A stretch of 64,000 nucleotides of DNA, from the IMG/VR virus record IMGVR_UViG_3300044957_000729. One strand, written 5' to 3'. The position numbers and the translations under genes are program-made. The notes under the pieces are model-generated. The model was not told the DNA's origin and ran no database searches. It saw only the letters and a program-made list of their open reading frames with translations. Source of the stretch: a virus. Below, one piece after another: positions 9,672 through 19,678 of the stretch. Numbering within the stretch: position 1 is the stretch's first letter; every line of letters begins with the position of its first letter.

Positions 9672-10424
9672 ATGGACACAATAAGAAATGGATTCATTAT
9701 AAGGATTCCAGGGGGGAATTACAAGGGATCTTCACTTGCTAGAATTATATGTGACAGAATAAAAAGTTATTTAAGCTTAGGATATAAGTTATTTATAGTA
9801 GAGCTCTCTGAGAGGGATATAGAATTTTCCACTGAAGTTAGCGAATCGGAAAAAGAAAGGTTTTTTTATTATTTAGATGATCTTAATATAAGGATTGCTT
9901 TTTATATAAAAAGCAAGTATCATGTGGTATCGACTGATCCCGGCTCAAGAAAAGAGGCTAAGAATGAAATTATTAAGATCGGTAGGTTTATAGAGGAGAT
10001 AGATGCAGGAAGATTTGACATACCACTTATATGTCACATCGGCGGAGCTAATGGAAACAGAAGAAAAAGCATGGTGGATTTTTGTAAATTCTTCGATACT
10101 CTTCCTTGGAGAATACAAAAACAAATAGCATTAATCAATGATGATAAGCCTAGTCTTTTCTCTGTTAAGGATTTATTGTCTGTTACTTATGTGGATAAAA
10201 AAATACCTATTATATTTAGAACAGGGTCTCATAGAACTAATCAAGGGGGTTTAACATATAAGGAAAGTCTTTTTTTAGCTGCTTCCACTTGGGCTGAAAG
10301 ATCAAATCCTATAATGTTTTATTGTCCTTCTAGCAAAGAAGAAACTATAACAGTAAATGATCTTAATCCTTACAATTTAATTGTAGATGTGGCTTTTGAT
10401 AACAATTTACCAGAACCTAACTAG
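9672..10424 (+). CDS. UV-damage endonuclease (UvdE)-like, probably degenerate
   Basis: HIGGA.G, IALINDDKPSLFSVKDLL, KIPIIF, LAASTW. Confidence 0.65.
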   Translation: MDTIRNGFIIRIPGGNYKGSSLARIICDRIKSYLSLGYKLFIVELSERDIEFSTEVSESEKERFFYYLDDLNIRIAFYIKSKYHVVSTDPGSRKEAKNEIIKIGRFIEEIDAGRFDIPLICHIGGANGNRRKSMVDFCKFFDTLPWRIQKQIALINDDKPSLFSVKDLLSVTYVDKKIPIIFRTGSHRTNQGGLTYKESLFLAASTWAERSNPIMFYCPSSKEETITVNDLNPYNLIVDVAFDNNLPEPN

Positions 10425-10444
10425 AAAATTTTTTAATTTGCTAT

Positions 10445-11245
10445 ATGCCAGAACTAGCAGAAATAAAAATAATGAGCGACCACATTAATAATAAATGTGG
10501 TGATAAAGAATTTTTTATCCTAGAAAAAAATCCAGATCACAAATCAAAAACGGATCTTTCCCCTATTCTCGAAATAATTTCATCCGGGTGTAATATTTTC
10601 AGCGAAGCCAGAGGAAAAGAATTAAGAATAGATTTCAAAAATAAGGAAAAAAAGATTTCTTTATTTTTTATGATGGGCATGTCGGGTAATTTTAAATTTG
10701 GAGATTCTCAACAAGAGCCAAAGCACACTCATTTAAAATTTCGCACAAGAGAAGGAGAATGTCTCTATATGTACGATCTAAGGAGATTTGCTAGATGGAA
10801 AGTGGGAACTCAATGGAATACCGAAAGAGGACCTTGTCCAGTAAACGAATTTGATGAATTTAGAAAAAATTTACACGAAGCTCTAGATAGGAAATGCTTC
10901 CAAAAGCCTATCTATGAGGTATTAATAAATCAGGAATATTTCAACGGAATAGGAAATTATTTAAGAGCAGAAATACTTGGAAGGATAAATTCAGATCCCA
11001 CTGTAAGCGGAAAAGAATTTATTATTAAGAATCCAGAAGTAGTTGATTTATGTAAACGTATACCGCAAGAAGCTTACATATTGGGCGGTGGAAGATTAAA
11101 GGACTGGTATAATAATGAAAAAATAAATCAGGAAGATTTAGATTTTAAATCTTGGATGCGTTTTTATGGAAACAGAAAAAAGTGTATACCTTTTAAAGAC
11201 TCGAACGGGAGAACTTTTTGGATTGATAAAAAATGGGTTCAGTAA
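10445..11245 (+). CDS. nei: Fpg/Nei DNA glycosylase, NEIL1-like
   Basis: N-terminal MPELAE, MGMSG, D.RRFA, H2TH NQEYFNGIGNYLRAEIL, C-terminal DSNGRTFW with no Cys4 finger. Confidence 0.85.
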   Translation: MPELAEIKIMSDHINNKCGDKEFFILEKNPDHKSKTDLSPILEIISSGCNIFSEARGKELRIDFKNKEKKISLFFMMGMSGNFKFGDSQQEPKHTHLKFRTREGECLYMYDLRRFARWKVGTQWNTERGPCPVNEFDEFRKNLHEALDRKCFQKPIYEVLINQEYFNGIGNYLRAEILGRINSDPTVSGKEFIIKNPEVVDLCKRIPQEAYILGGGRLKDWYNNEKINQEDLDFKSWMRFYGNRKKCIPFKDSNGRTFWIDKKWVQ

Positions 11246-11250
11246 ATATA

Positions 11251-11517
11251 TTACCAGGCAACGTATCCTTTAGGCTTTCTTTGATTAGTAATAGTCTTAC
11301 TCATCTTATCGTTAGCTTTTACAAGATCCTCAATAGTCTTAACATAATATCTTGTCTGTCCTGGCATTCCCCAGTCTCCTTTTTTCTTAAGATCAACAAA
11401 GTCATAAGTCGTAAGCTCATCCCCCTCTACAGGACCGTGATCAACCCTCCCGTCTCTTTTAGAAGCCTTCTCAAACTCATTTCTAGAGCTTATATTTTTA
11501 TAACCATATTTTTCCAT
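11251..11517 (-). CDS. Hypothetical protein (88 aa)
   Basis: Preceded on the minus strand by GATATATA (11524-11531). Confidence 0.7.
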   Translation of the reverse strand: MEKYGYKNISSRNEFEKASKRDGRVDHGPVEGDELTTYDFVDLKKKGDWGMPGQTRYYVKTIEDLVKANDKMSKTITNQRKPKGYVAW

Positions 11518-11531
11518 ATAAACTATATATC

Positions 11532-12227
11532 ATGCTACACAAAGGAACATTAGAATGCTCGATTTTTTTCGACATCGAGACATCCGGATTATATCCAACA
11601 TTAAAGGAGTTAAAATTAAATGATCCACACTTAGCCGAATTATGGGTTAAGCGATGTAAATGGCTACAAAAACAGGTAGACCCAGGAGAGTCAACGGATC
11701 CTAGCGATCTCTGGATAAATCGTTCATCCTTACATCCCGAATTTGGTAGGATTGTTTGTGTTACCTTCGGAGTATTTACCCCAGAAGGATTGGAAAGATT
11801 AAGTAGCTTTTACGGAGATGATGAAAAAGACATTTTAGAGAAAACAAATAAAGTACTAGCAAACTCAAGATCCAAATCATATAAACTAGCAGGACATAAC
11901 ATAAAAAACTTCGATGTCCCATATTTGGGTAAAAGAATGCTAATAAACAACATAACTCCTGATCCAATAATCCAAACATGGAATAAAAAGCCCTGGGAAA
12001 CATCTTTTATGGATCTTGCAGAGATATTTTCATTCGGTGCGTGGGGACAAACATTTTCATCCCTTGATTTAATTTCTCACGTTTTAGATGTGCCAACTTC
12101 TAAAGACAATACGGAAGGGTCTCAAGTACACGAATACTACTGGGACGGTAGAGTTGAAGAGATCAAAGAATACTGTGAACAGGATGTTGTTTGTACAATG
12201 AATTGTTTTAAGAAAATAACATCTTAA
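11532..12227 (+). CDS. DEDD 3'-5' exonuclease (PolB-exonuclease-like)
   Basis: FFDIET, GHNIKNFDVPY, YCEQDV. Confidence 0.85.
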   Translation: MLHKGTLECSIFFDIETSGLYPTLKELKLNDPHLAELWVKRCKWLQKQVDPGESTDPSDLWINRSSLHPEFGRIVCVTFGVFTPEGLERLSSFYGDDEKDILEKTNKVLANSRSKSYKLAGHNIKNFDVPYLGKRMLINNITPDPIIQTWNKKPWETSFMDLAEIFSFGAWGQTFSSLDLISHVLDVPTSKDNTEGSQVHEYYWDGRVEEIKEYCEQDVVCTMNCFKKITS

Positions 12228-12268
12228 TATAGAAGATTGGGATATATACGTTAAAGTAATATCCTGAT

Positions 12269-13070
12269 TTAAAAAATATTCTAAATTTTTATTCTTGGGT
12301 TTTAGAAAAAGAGGAAAGAGACGATTTTTATAAAAAAGAATTAAATCCCTCCTTCTGGGAAAAAATCAGCGAAGATCTTCCAGAAAATGCCGGCGCCGAA
12401 AACTACCAATTTAATCCTAAATTAAGAAAAAAACTTCTGATCCTAGCCGAAGATTTTTATACGTCGTTAGGGTTCGAGCCAGAAATAAAAGATATCCAAT
12501 TAACAGGATCTTTAGCTAATTACAACTGGACTGATAAATCGGATTTAGATGTACACGTTTTATTTAATAGATTTTACTAAAATAGACGAAAATTTCCCCC
12601 TTGTTAAAAAAGCAGTAGATGGCGTAAGATTTATATGGAATCTTAGACGCAAAATAAAAATAAGAGGTTTCGATGTGGAATTATATGTCCAGGATATTAA
12701 TGAGCCTCACACTTCTTCCGGATTATATTCATCATTGAAAAACGAGTAGATTAGAGTACCTAAATACAGTTCATCAGAAATAGATTACAAGGATGTCGAT
12801 CTAACTAAAATTCCAAGGTATAGTTTCTGATATATTAAAAATGGAAAATTTGATGCCAGCATCAGATTTCTCAACTGTTACTGAAATTGAACTCTATAAT
12901 CACGCTTTAGAAATAAAGAAAAAATAATGAAAATGCGAAAGGAAGGATTGGAGAGGGAAGGAGAATTTTCGGTTGAAAATTTAGCATTTAAAAAATTAAG
13001 AAACAAAGGATATATAGAAAAGATAATAGAGTTAATCTCTAAAGCATATTCAAATATATACAATGAATAA
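12269..13070 (+). pseudogene. Pol-beta-family nucleotidyltransferase, disrupted
   Basis: LTGSLANYNWTDKSDLDVH, DVELYVQD, GEFSVENLAFKKLRN. No start codon (TTA at 12269), (TTTA)2 at about 12559-12566, TAG at 12747, (CTAA)2 at 12801-12808, frameshift near 12910-12925. Confidence 0.85.
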
Positions 13071-15669
13071 TAAAATGAAAAAAGACATCTACGGAGGATT
13101 TAATCCCATTTTCGAAAGCATGAGAAATTCCCTTAATGAGGAAGACAGAAGTACTAAAAAAGAAAAAGCAATAGATACTATTACTGCTGTTGTTACAACA
13201 TTAAACACAATGTTTAGCTTGCTACTTTCATCTAAAATGGAAGACGCTAAAACAGTAAGAGGATTTGAGTCTATAAAGAATAAGATATTAAGTTGTGATA
13301 ATTTTGGAGCATTTAGACAATATGTTCTTTCCTTTATTGAATCTCTATCAGTTTTAGACACGGCACAGAAAGTTTCTTATGAGGGTAACATAAGAATGAT
13401 TAACTCCATATTAAGCGGAGAAATTGAAGCAGTTTTAGGAGACCCTAAAATTTTTAAAAGCTTAAAAAATGACACTATAGCTAAAATACTTGAAAATTTT
13501 ACCAACGATCTTAAAGATAGGGAAGCACAAATGAGAAAAACAAACCCTAAACTTTTTGGGGAGGTTATTAAAAAAGGATTAGTTGTTAAAGAAGGATTAA
13601 CAGAAAAAAGAAAAACCGGGGACGAAACAGATGTTACTGATGCTGAGTTTAGGGGACAGGCTTTTAATAAATCTAAAGAATCTTTAGATGCTTCTAATTC
13701 TTTTGTTGGTATGGTTGATAGAGATAAGTACTTACCAACTTTAAAAGATAACGCTGACGTAAGAAGATACAAGGAAATAGCGGATTCGCTATACAAAAAA
13801 GCACAAGACCTACAGATGATCGATAGAGCTGGTGCTTTAGGAGGTAAAATTGTTACTCCTACTGGTGAATTTAAAGCAAAAGAATATAAAAGAAAACAAG
13901 ACGATCTTATAAACGAGATTATTCGTCAGAAAAAAGAATATGAGAGAATGAAGGCATCTTTATTAAAAATTCCAGCACAGGAGGTTGTTACAGATCCAGT
14001 GTGTGGACCTGGACAAGTATATGACAAAGCTTTAGGAAAATGTGTAGACGTTAAAAAACCAAAGCCTAAGCCTACACCTATTCCTGTCAAGGAGTGTACT
14101 TTCCCTATAGCATTAAATAAAAAATGTACCCAAGTAGGTGAATTACAGAAAAAAGTTATGGGAATTATTCCATCGGTTAAAACTTACTTGAAAAAATTCG
14201 GAGGACAGGACAGCATATATGGAAAAGGTACTGCAGCAGTATCTAATATCATTTGGGGTTATTTATCAGGTCAAAGTGGACAAGCTTTAACTGCAGATTT
14301 GACACAGGATATGTACGATCAAATAATGGCTCTTACTGATGCTGATGTAGACGTTACTTCAATAATCATAGAAGGAAATTATAATACTTATTATATTGAC
14401 GATTTTGAAGAAATGGATATCGATCGGAAGATCCAAGAAAGAGAAGAAATAAAAGGTTCATTAATTTTATCATTTGAAGATTTTTATTCAGTAATAGAAG
14501 AATCTTATTCATTTAAAAAGCTGGATGAACAAAGCGTATTTGACAGGCTTAGAGCTAAAGCAGATCCTGTACCAAGAGCAACAGGAGCAACAGGAGCAAC
14601 AGGAGCAACGGCAGCTCCTGCACCTGCACAAAAGAAAATCGTAGACAACTGCGTTAAGAAATCTTTAGAAAAAGGACAGGTTCTTGCTTGTGTTGGTGCT
14701 ACCGGACCTACTGGAGAAACTGGACCTACTGGAGAAACTGGACCTACTGGAGAAACTGGACCTACTGGAGAACAAATCAAATGGAAAGGGTTAAAACCAG
14801 TTAACGACGGAGCATACACTATACTATACGACGAAAGTTGGGGAGAATGGATAAGCGGTAAAGCAAAAGGAGCAATAATTGCTGGTCTTATTACTACCGC
14901 AGTAGTTGCTACGGCGGGAGCAGCAGGTATTGCAATTCCAATAGGAGGAACGCTTATAGGAGCTTCCTCTGTAGGAGCATCAGGTCTTGCGGGAGCAGGA
15001 GCAGCAGCAGCAGGATTGGTATCAACTGGTGCTGGTGCAGCTGTATTGACAACCGGAGTAATAGGAGGTTCTTTAATAGCAGAATGGGCAGGAAGCGACA
15101 GAAAAACGGCTACGATACTAGTTTATAACGGATATATTGAAGAGATAGCTGTAAGAGCTATGGCTAGGGGTCTATATAACTCTTTAGGCGGTACGGTTTC
15201 TTCACCAGACTTATTAGCTATATTCTCAACTCTTATTCTTTGTAGAGGTACATTTACAGATACTGGAGATGGTAAAGCAGTTTCAGTTTGGAGATTGGTT
15301 AAGAGACAATACTCTTCTTTTGGAGGAGGAAGTCTAGAAGGAGATATAGCTTCTATTACTTCAGAAGGAATTGGTGGATTCGTAAAAGATATATTTACTG
15401 ATATGGACACTATCCCAGGATTCCCTAAATCATTTAAGACTAAGGATCCTACAAACGGTATACCTATTGAATTTGTAGATGCTAAAGACGCATGTGTCGC
15501 TGCAGTTGGTAAATTAAATTCCAATGAGCCAAAATTGGCAGAGAATCTTAAAAATATAAAAGAGGAAGATCTAGAATTACTTGGAGATCTAATGGAAGAA
15601 ATCACCGACGGAGTGGTAGCAGAAATTGGAGCTCCGGGAGAAGAAAAAAAAGAAAAATCTGAAGAATAA
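13063..15669 (+). CDS. Large putative virion protein with short collagen repeats, peptidoglycan-binding-like segment and Gly/Ala hydrophobic region
   Basis: VGELQKK..DSIYGKGT; (GAT)n and (GPTGET)n; long GA-rich stretch; lies directly upstream of the prohead protease. Confidence 0.65.
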   Translation: MNNKMKKDIYGGFNPIFESMRNSLNEEDRSTKKEKAIDTITAVVTTLNTMFSLLLSSKMEDAKTVRGFESIKNKILSCDNFGAFRQYVLSFIESLSVLDTAQKVSYEGNIRMINSILSGEIEAVLGDPKIFKSLKNDTIAKILENFTNDLKDREAQMRKTNPKLFGEVIKKGLVVKEGLTEKRKTGDETDVTDAEFRGQAFNKSKESLDASNSFVGMVDRDKYLPTLKDNADVRRYKEIADSLYKKAQDLQMIDRAGALGGKIVTPTGEFKAKEYKRKQDDLINEIIRQKKEYERMKASLLKIPAQEVVTDPVCGPGQVYDKALGKCVDVKKPKPKPTPIPVKECTFPIALNKKCTQVGELQKKVMGIIPSVKTYLKKFGGQDSIYGKGTAAVSNIIWGYLSGQSGQALTADLTQDMYDQIMALTDADVDVTSIIIEGNYNTYYIDDFEEMDIDRKIQEREEIKGSLILSFEDFYSVIEESYSFKKLDEQSVFDRLRAKADPVPRATGATGATGATAAPAPAQKKIVDNCVKKSLEKGQVLACVGATGPTGETGPTGETGPTGETGPTGEQIKWKGLKPVNDGAYTILYDESWGEWISGKAKGAIIAGLITTAVVATAGAAGIAIPIGGTLIGASSVGASGLAGAGAAAAGLVSTGAGAAVLTTGVIGGSLIAEWAGSDRKTATILVYNGYIEEIAVRAMARGLYNSLGGTVSSPDLLAIFSTLILCRGTFTDTGDGKAVSVWRLVKRQYSSFGGGSLEGDIASITSEGIGGFVKDIFTDMDTIPGFPKSFKTKDPTNGIPIEFVDAKDACVAAVGKLNSNEPKLAENLKNIKEEDLELLGDLMEEITDGVVAEIGAPGEEKKEKSEE
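14704..14772 (+). repeat. 18-nt tandem repeat ggacctactggagaaact (GPTGET), nearly 4 copies
   Basis: Read directly. Confidence 0.9.
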
Positions 15670-15672
15670 TTA

Positions 15673-15680
15673 GATATATA
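15673..15680 (+). promoter_or_regulatory. GATATATA putative late promoter
   Basis: 10 nt upstream of the protease ATG. Confidence 0.7.
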
Positions 15681-15690
15681 AAAAACAAAA

Positions 15691-17781
15691 ATGGGAAATA
15701 ACCTAGATTACGTACTGATATTAGAGAAATCCTCTCACTACCTTAGCACTAAAAAACAAGGTGGCGAATATTTTCTTGAAGGAATCGCTGCTGTTTTTGG
15801 TGTTGAAAACTCTAATCATAGAATTTATGAGGAAAATGAATATTTGCCTCATATGGATTATCTTAAAAAGAAAATAGATCAGAACCGATTAGTTGGTGAG
15901 TTAGATCACCCTAAGGAGTTTGATGTTTCCCTTAAGAACATATCACACGTTATTACGGATCTTTCCTACGATAAAGGAAACAGAAATGTAAAAATCAAAG
16001 TTAAGCTTTTAGATACACCAGCAGGTAAAATTGCTAAAAGTTTAATCGATGCAGGTATTCCTATTTCTATATCTTCTAGAGCAGCTGGTAACGTTAAAGA
16101 TAATAAAAAAGTAGAGATTAAGAAAATATTTACCTATGACTTAGTTGCTGATCCAGGATTTGAAAATGCTCAATTAGAAAGGGTTTATGAAAGTTTAGGA
16201 TCACATTTACCTTCAAAATCTATTAAAGATTCCATTATTTCTTCCTTAACTAACATAAATGAAAGTTTTGGACTTAGAAAAAATTCCAACACACAGATAT
16301 ATAGAATAAAAGATACAGAGAAAATCTCTAGACTTTTAAAAGAAAACACAAATAATTCAAGAAACATGGACAATAACTTTGTCACTGCAGAAGAACTAAA
16401 CGAATACTCGTTAATCCTTAAAAAAGAAATGGATTCATTGAAAAATGAATTAAGATCTATTTCTAAAGGATCATCTTCTAGATTATCATCTAATAACACA
16501 GATTCAGGATTGGAAGAAAGAATTCAAAGATTAGAAAAATATTCTGAGTATCTTGCTGAGAATTTAGAATCTGCTATTAAATATGGAGATTACTTAGCTG
16601 AAAATTTAGAAGGATCTATTTCTTATAATAAATATTTAGCCGAAAATTTAGATAAGGCTATTTCTTATGCTAAATACTTAGCTGAGCACGTTGATGGAAA
16701 TATTTCATATTCCGAATACATCGCAGAAAATCTTGATAACAATATTGCTTATAGCAAGTATCTTGCAGAAAACTTAGACAAGAATATTTCTTACTCTGAA
16801 TATCTTGCAGAAAACTTAGACAAGAATATTTCTTACTCTGAATATCTTGCAGAAAACTTAGACAAGAACATTTCTTACTCCGAATATCTTGCAGAAAACT
16901 TAGACAAGAACATTTCTTACTCCGAATATCTTGCAGAAAACTTAGACAAGAACATTTCTTACTCCGAATATCTTGCAGAAAACTTAGACAAGAACATTAC
17001 ATATTCTGACTACTTAGGAGAAAAATTAAACGAAAATATTAACTATTCAGATTATTTAGGAGAAAAATTAAACGGAAACATTAACTATTCAGATTATATC
17101 GCTGAAAAGGTTAAATCTGGAATTGATTACACTGAATATTTAGCAGAGTCTATTAATAGAGGAGGAAAAACAACAAGAAAAAATCTTGCTCAAAACGTAA
17201 ACGAATCTATTAATGAAGGAAGAAGAACTTCTGGATTCTCTGGAGATTATACAGATCTTTCTTCTAAAGTTGATAAACTTATCGAATCTGTTAGCACAGC
17301 AAAAACAGATCAGATTATAAACGAAAATAAATACTCCTTCTTAAAGCTTGTCGATGACAGGACTAAGAAAGGATTTTTATCTCTGAACGAGGCCGAAAAA
17401 CAAAAGGTCGTTAAAGCTCTTAAAGGGCAGAACTACAATTCGGGTACGGATGTAGTTCAAATTATGGGATCCGCTTTAACTGAACAAGTTGAGTCTGGAG
17501 AAAAATTCCTTGATATGATTCCGAGTGAATTGGTTCCTGCATGGGAAGGTCTAAATGAATCACAGAGAGCATCTATTATTGCTCAAAGTAAATTCTATAA
17601 ATTAGACACTGCTTATCAGATCAATCACTTCTGGAAAACTAGAGGTCTTAATTCTGTAAAACCAGCATCTACTGAATTCTTAAACGAATCCCGAAACACT
17701 AACCCTAATGCTAATATGGGTGTAAGTAACTCTTACATGCAGAATATAGCAGCAGAGTTAGAAAAAAGATTTAAAAAATAA
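15691..17781 (+). CDS. Prohead protease (T4 gp21-like) fused to repeat scaffold
   Basis: NHRIY, GELDHP, LLDTPAG, ISSRAAG, TYDLVADPGF; upstream of the capsid gene. Confidence 0.9.
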   Translation: MGNNLDYVLILEKSSHYLSTKKQGGEYFLEGIAAVFGVENSNHRIYEENEYLPHMDYLKKKIDQNRLVGELDHPKEFDVSLKNISHVITDLSYDKGNRNVKIKVKLLDTPAGKIAKSLIDAGIPISISSRAAGNVKDNKKVEIKKIFTYDLVADPGFENAQLERVYESLGSHLPSKSIKDSIISSLTNINESFGLRKNSNTQIYRIKDTEKISRLLKENTNNSRNMDNNFVTAEELNEYSLILKKEMDSLKNELRSISKGSSSRLSSNNTDSGLEERIQRLEKYSEYLAENLESAIKYGDYLAENLEGSISYNKYLAENLDKAISYAKYLAEHVDGNISYSEYIAENLDNNIAYSKYLAENLDKNISYSEYLAENLDKNISYSEYLAENLDKNISYSEYLAENLDKNISYSEYLAENLDKNISYSEYLAENLDKNITYSDYLGEKLNENINYSDYLGEKLNGNINYSDYIAEKVKSGIDYTEYLAESINRGGKTTRKNLAQNVNESINEGRRTSGFSGDYTDLSSKVDKLIESVSTAKTDQIINENKYSFLKLVDDRTKKGFLSLNEAEKQKVVKALKGQNYNSGTDVVQIMGSALTEQVESGEKFLDMIPSELVPAWEGLNESQRASIIAQSKFYKLDTAYQINHFWKTRGLNSVKPASTEFLNESRNTNPNANMGVSNSYMQNIAAELEKRFKK
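16540..17157 (+). repeat. About 15 tandem 42-nt / 14-aa repeats (YSEYLAENLDKNIS)
   Basis: Six near-identical DNA copies start at 16759; flanking copies are diverged. Confidence 0.95.
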
Positions 17782-17790
17782 TTTAATAAA

Positions 17791-19575
17791 ATGCAACTCT
17801 TAAACGAAAACGAGATCTACGAAACATGGTCTCCAATTATCGAGAGTAAGACCGGTATGACGGATCGTTCAAAGGTAGAGTGGTTATCAAAATATTGCCA
17901 CTTTCACTCATTAAACGAGTCTGCCGGAGCTTATAACTCTCTAGGCGTACTAAACGGTATGGGTAACGTACTTCCTGCTGGTAACTACTCAGGTGGTGCA
18001 GCTGGTGCGGGTCCTGCTGGTTTCTACTACAACAACACTTATGACGCTGGTCGTCCATATGTTGGTTCTGGTGATAAATTCCCATCATTACTTCCATTGG
18101 CTATTCAGGTAGCTGCTAAAACCGTTGGTTTTGACATCGTTCCTGTTATCCCTATGGCTGGTCCTACTGGAGTATTATCTTACTTAGACTACGTATATGC
18201 AGGTGGTACATTAGCTGGTACATCTCAAGATTCTACTAATGTTTACACTGCTAACACACCAGACATGATCAAAGTTCCTACGAATATTGCTTCTCCAGCA
18301 ACTGGTCTTATAGTAGGTAATGTTTATGCAATTGGTGTTGCTCTAAGTGCTCAAGCATATGACTTAGACATTACAGCAACTTCAATTATTTACGCAGAAT
18401 TTATCGGTAACTCACGTATCGATGGTTTCCCAATCTTTAGAGTAATGGGTATCACCAAAGGTAAAGCAGTTTCTGATGCAGTTCCTGCTGCTGGTACAGC
18501 TGATATCTTTAACGCTACTTTTAATTCTTCTAATAATGAAATTACTGTAACTTCAACTGCTGCTTCTACTGCTGGTTCAGCTGTATTAGTTAAAACGTTA
18601 GAAGATCATATCCAAGGTTTCTCTGGTGCTGGTCCTAACAACACTGACGATTTTCAAGGGCCATACGTAGATGGTACTAAAAACTACGATCCTATGTTAA
18701 GAGGAGTAGGTGAGACCACTTATTACAAGTCATTAGGACTTTCTACTTTCACTAAGTTCGTAGAAGCTGGTACTTTCCAAGTTGCTGCTTCTGTTACTAC
18801 TGAGCAAATCCAAGACCTTAACAAGCAGTTCGGTATCGACGTAGTTTCTATGATCGAGAACGCACTTGTTAACGAGGTTTCTCAAGCTATTAACAAGCAC
18901 ATCTTATCAAGAGGATTTGCTCTTGGGTGGTCTAACCACTCTCAGTTCTTCATAACTGAAAGTACAAACCTTAACCTTAACTTAGTAATTGGTGGTGCTG
19001 CTACTTACACAGTTCCTGACTACATTGGTAAACAAGGTACTGCTGTAGCAGGTGGTTCTAAACCAGGTGCAGTTGCTGGTCCTGCTTCAGGTACTTTCGA
19101 GAACTTATCAACAGTTCAAAGAAGACTTTACAGCCGTGTCTTAGCTGCTGCTAACGTAGTTGCTAACAGAGGTCGTAGAGGTCCTGCTAACTTCATCGTT
19201 ACTAACTCTCAAATCGCGTCTGCTTTACAAGACATCAGTCAGTTCACATTCGCTCCGTTTACTAACACACTTACTCAAAACAACGGTACTTTATACCCTG
19301 TAGGTTCTCTTGCTGGTATGACAGTATATGTTGATCAAAACATGTCATTCGGTGACACTAGAGTATTAGTTGGTAGAAAAGGTGCTGATGATGAGCCAGG
19401 TATGAAATTCATGCCTTACATGATGGCTGAGTCAATTCAGACTATCTCTGAGGGTACTATGTCTCCTAAAATCGCGGTTAAATCCCGTTACTCTTTAGTT
19501 GAGGCTGGTCACCACCCAGAAACAATGTATTTCTGCTTCCACGTTAACACTGGAACTGCTACTGCTATTATCTAA
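17791..19575 (+). CDS. Major capsid protein (T4 gp23-like)
   Basis: PMAGPTG, TTEQIQDL, INKHIL, RGRRGPANFIV, FMPY, MSPKIAVKSRY; high-expression codon bias. Confidence 0.92.
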   Translation: MQLLNENEIYETWSPIIESKTGMTDRSKVEWLSKYCHFHSLNESAGAYNSLGVLNGMGNVLPAGNYSGGAAGAGPAGFYYNNTYDAGRPYVGSGDKFPSLLPLAIQVAAKTVGFDIVPVIPMAGPTGVLSYLDYVYAGGTLAGTSQDSTNVYTANTPDMIKVPTNIASPATGLIVGNVYAIGVALSAQAYDLDITATSIIYAEFIGNSRIDGFPIFRVMGITKGKAVSDAVPAAGTADIFNATFNSSNNEITVTSTAASTAGSAVLVKTLEDHIQGFSGAGPNNTDDFQGPYVDGTKNYDPMLRGVGETTYYKSLGLSTFTKFVEAGTFQVAASVTTEQIQDLNKQFGIDVVSMIENALVNEVSQAINKHILSRGFALGWSNHSQFFITESTNLNLNLVIGGAATYTVPDYIGKQGTAVAGGSKPGAVAGPASGTFENLSTVQRRLYSRVLAAANVVANRGRRGPANFIVTNSQIASALQDISQFTFAPFTNTLTQNNGTLYPVGSLAGMTVYVDQNMSFGDTRVLVGRKGADDEPGMKFMPYMMAESIQTISEGTMSPKIAVKSRYSLVEAGHHPETMYFCFHVNTGTATAII

Positions 19576-19600
19576 TCAGTAATAGTATAAGTACATACTC

Positions 19601-19636
19601 AAAAAGGGGGTCTTCTTCGGAAGACTCCCTTTTTTT
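19601..19636 (+). terminator. Intrinsic terminator with C(UUCG)G loop
   Basis: GGGGGTCTTC-TTCG-GAAGACTCCC followed by T7; A5 on the 5' side. Confidence 0.92.
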
Positions 19637-19654
19637 GTTTTTAATGGTTTTTTG

Positions 19655-19662
19655 GATATATA
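19655..19662 (+). promoter_or_regulatory. GATATATA putative late promoter
   Basis: Between the terminator and ATG 19679. Confidence 0.7.
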
Positions 19663-19678
19663 GAATAAAAGGTAAACT

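Noticed and set aside
10424-10447. GAAA-N19 promoter before nei
   Set aside because: Spacing to a TA-rich hexamer is 14 nt and does not fit the class.
11233-11553. 106-aa plus-strand ORF
   Set aside because: Antisense to 11251..11517, which has the GATATATA motif and more protein-like composition.
16759-17010. 42-nt direct repeats as a CRISPR array
   Set aside because: Head-to-tail without spacers, in frame within the protease gene, varying at synonymous sites.
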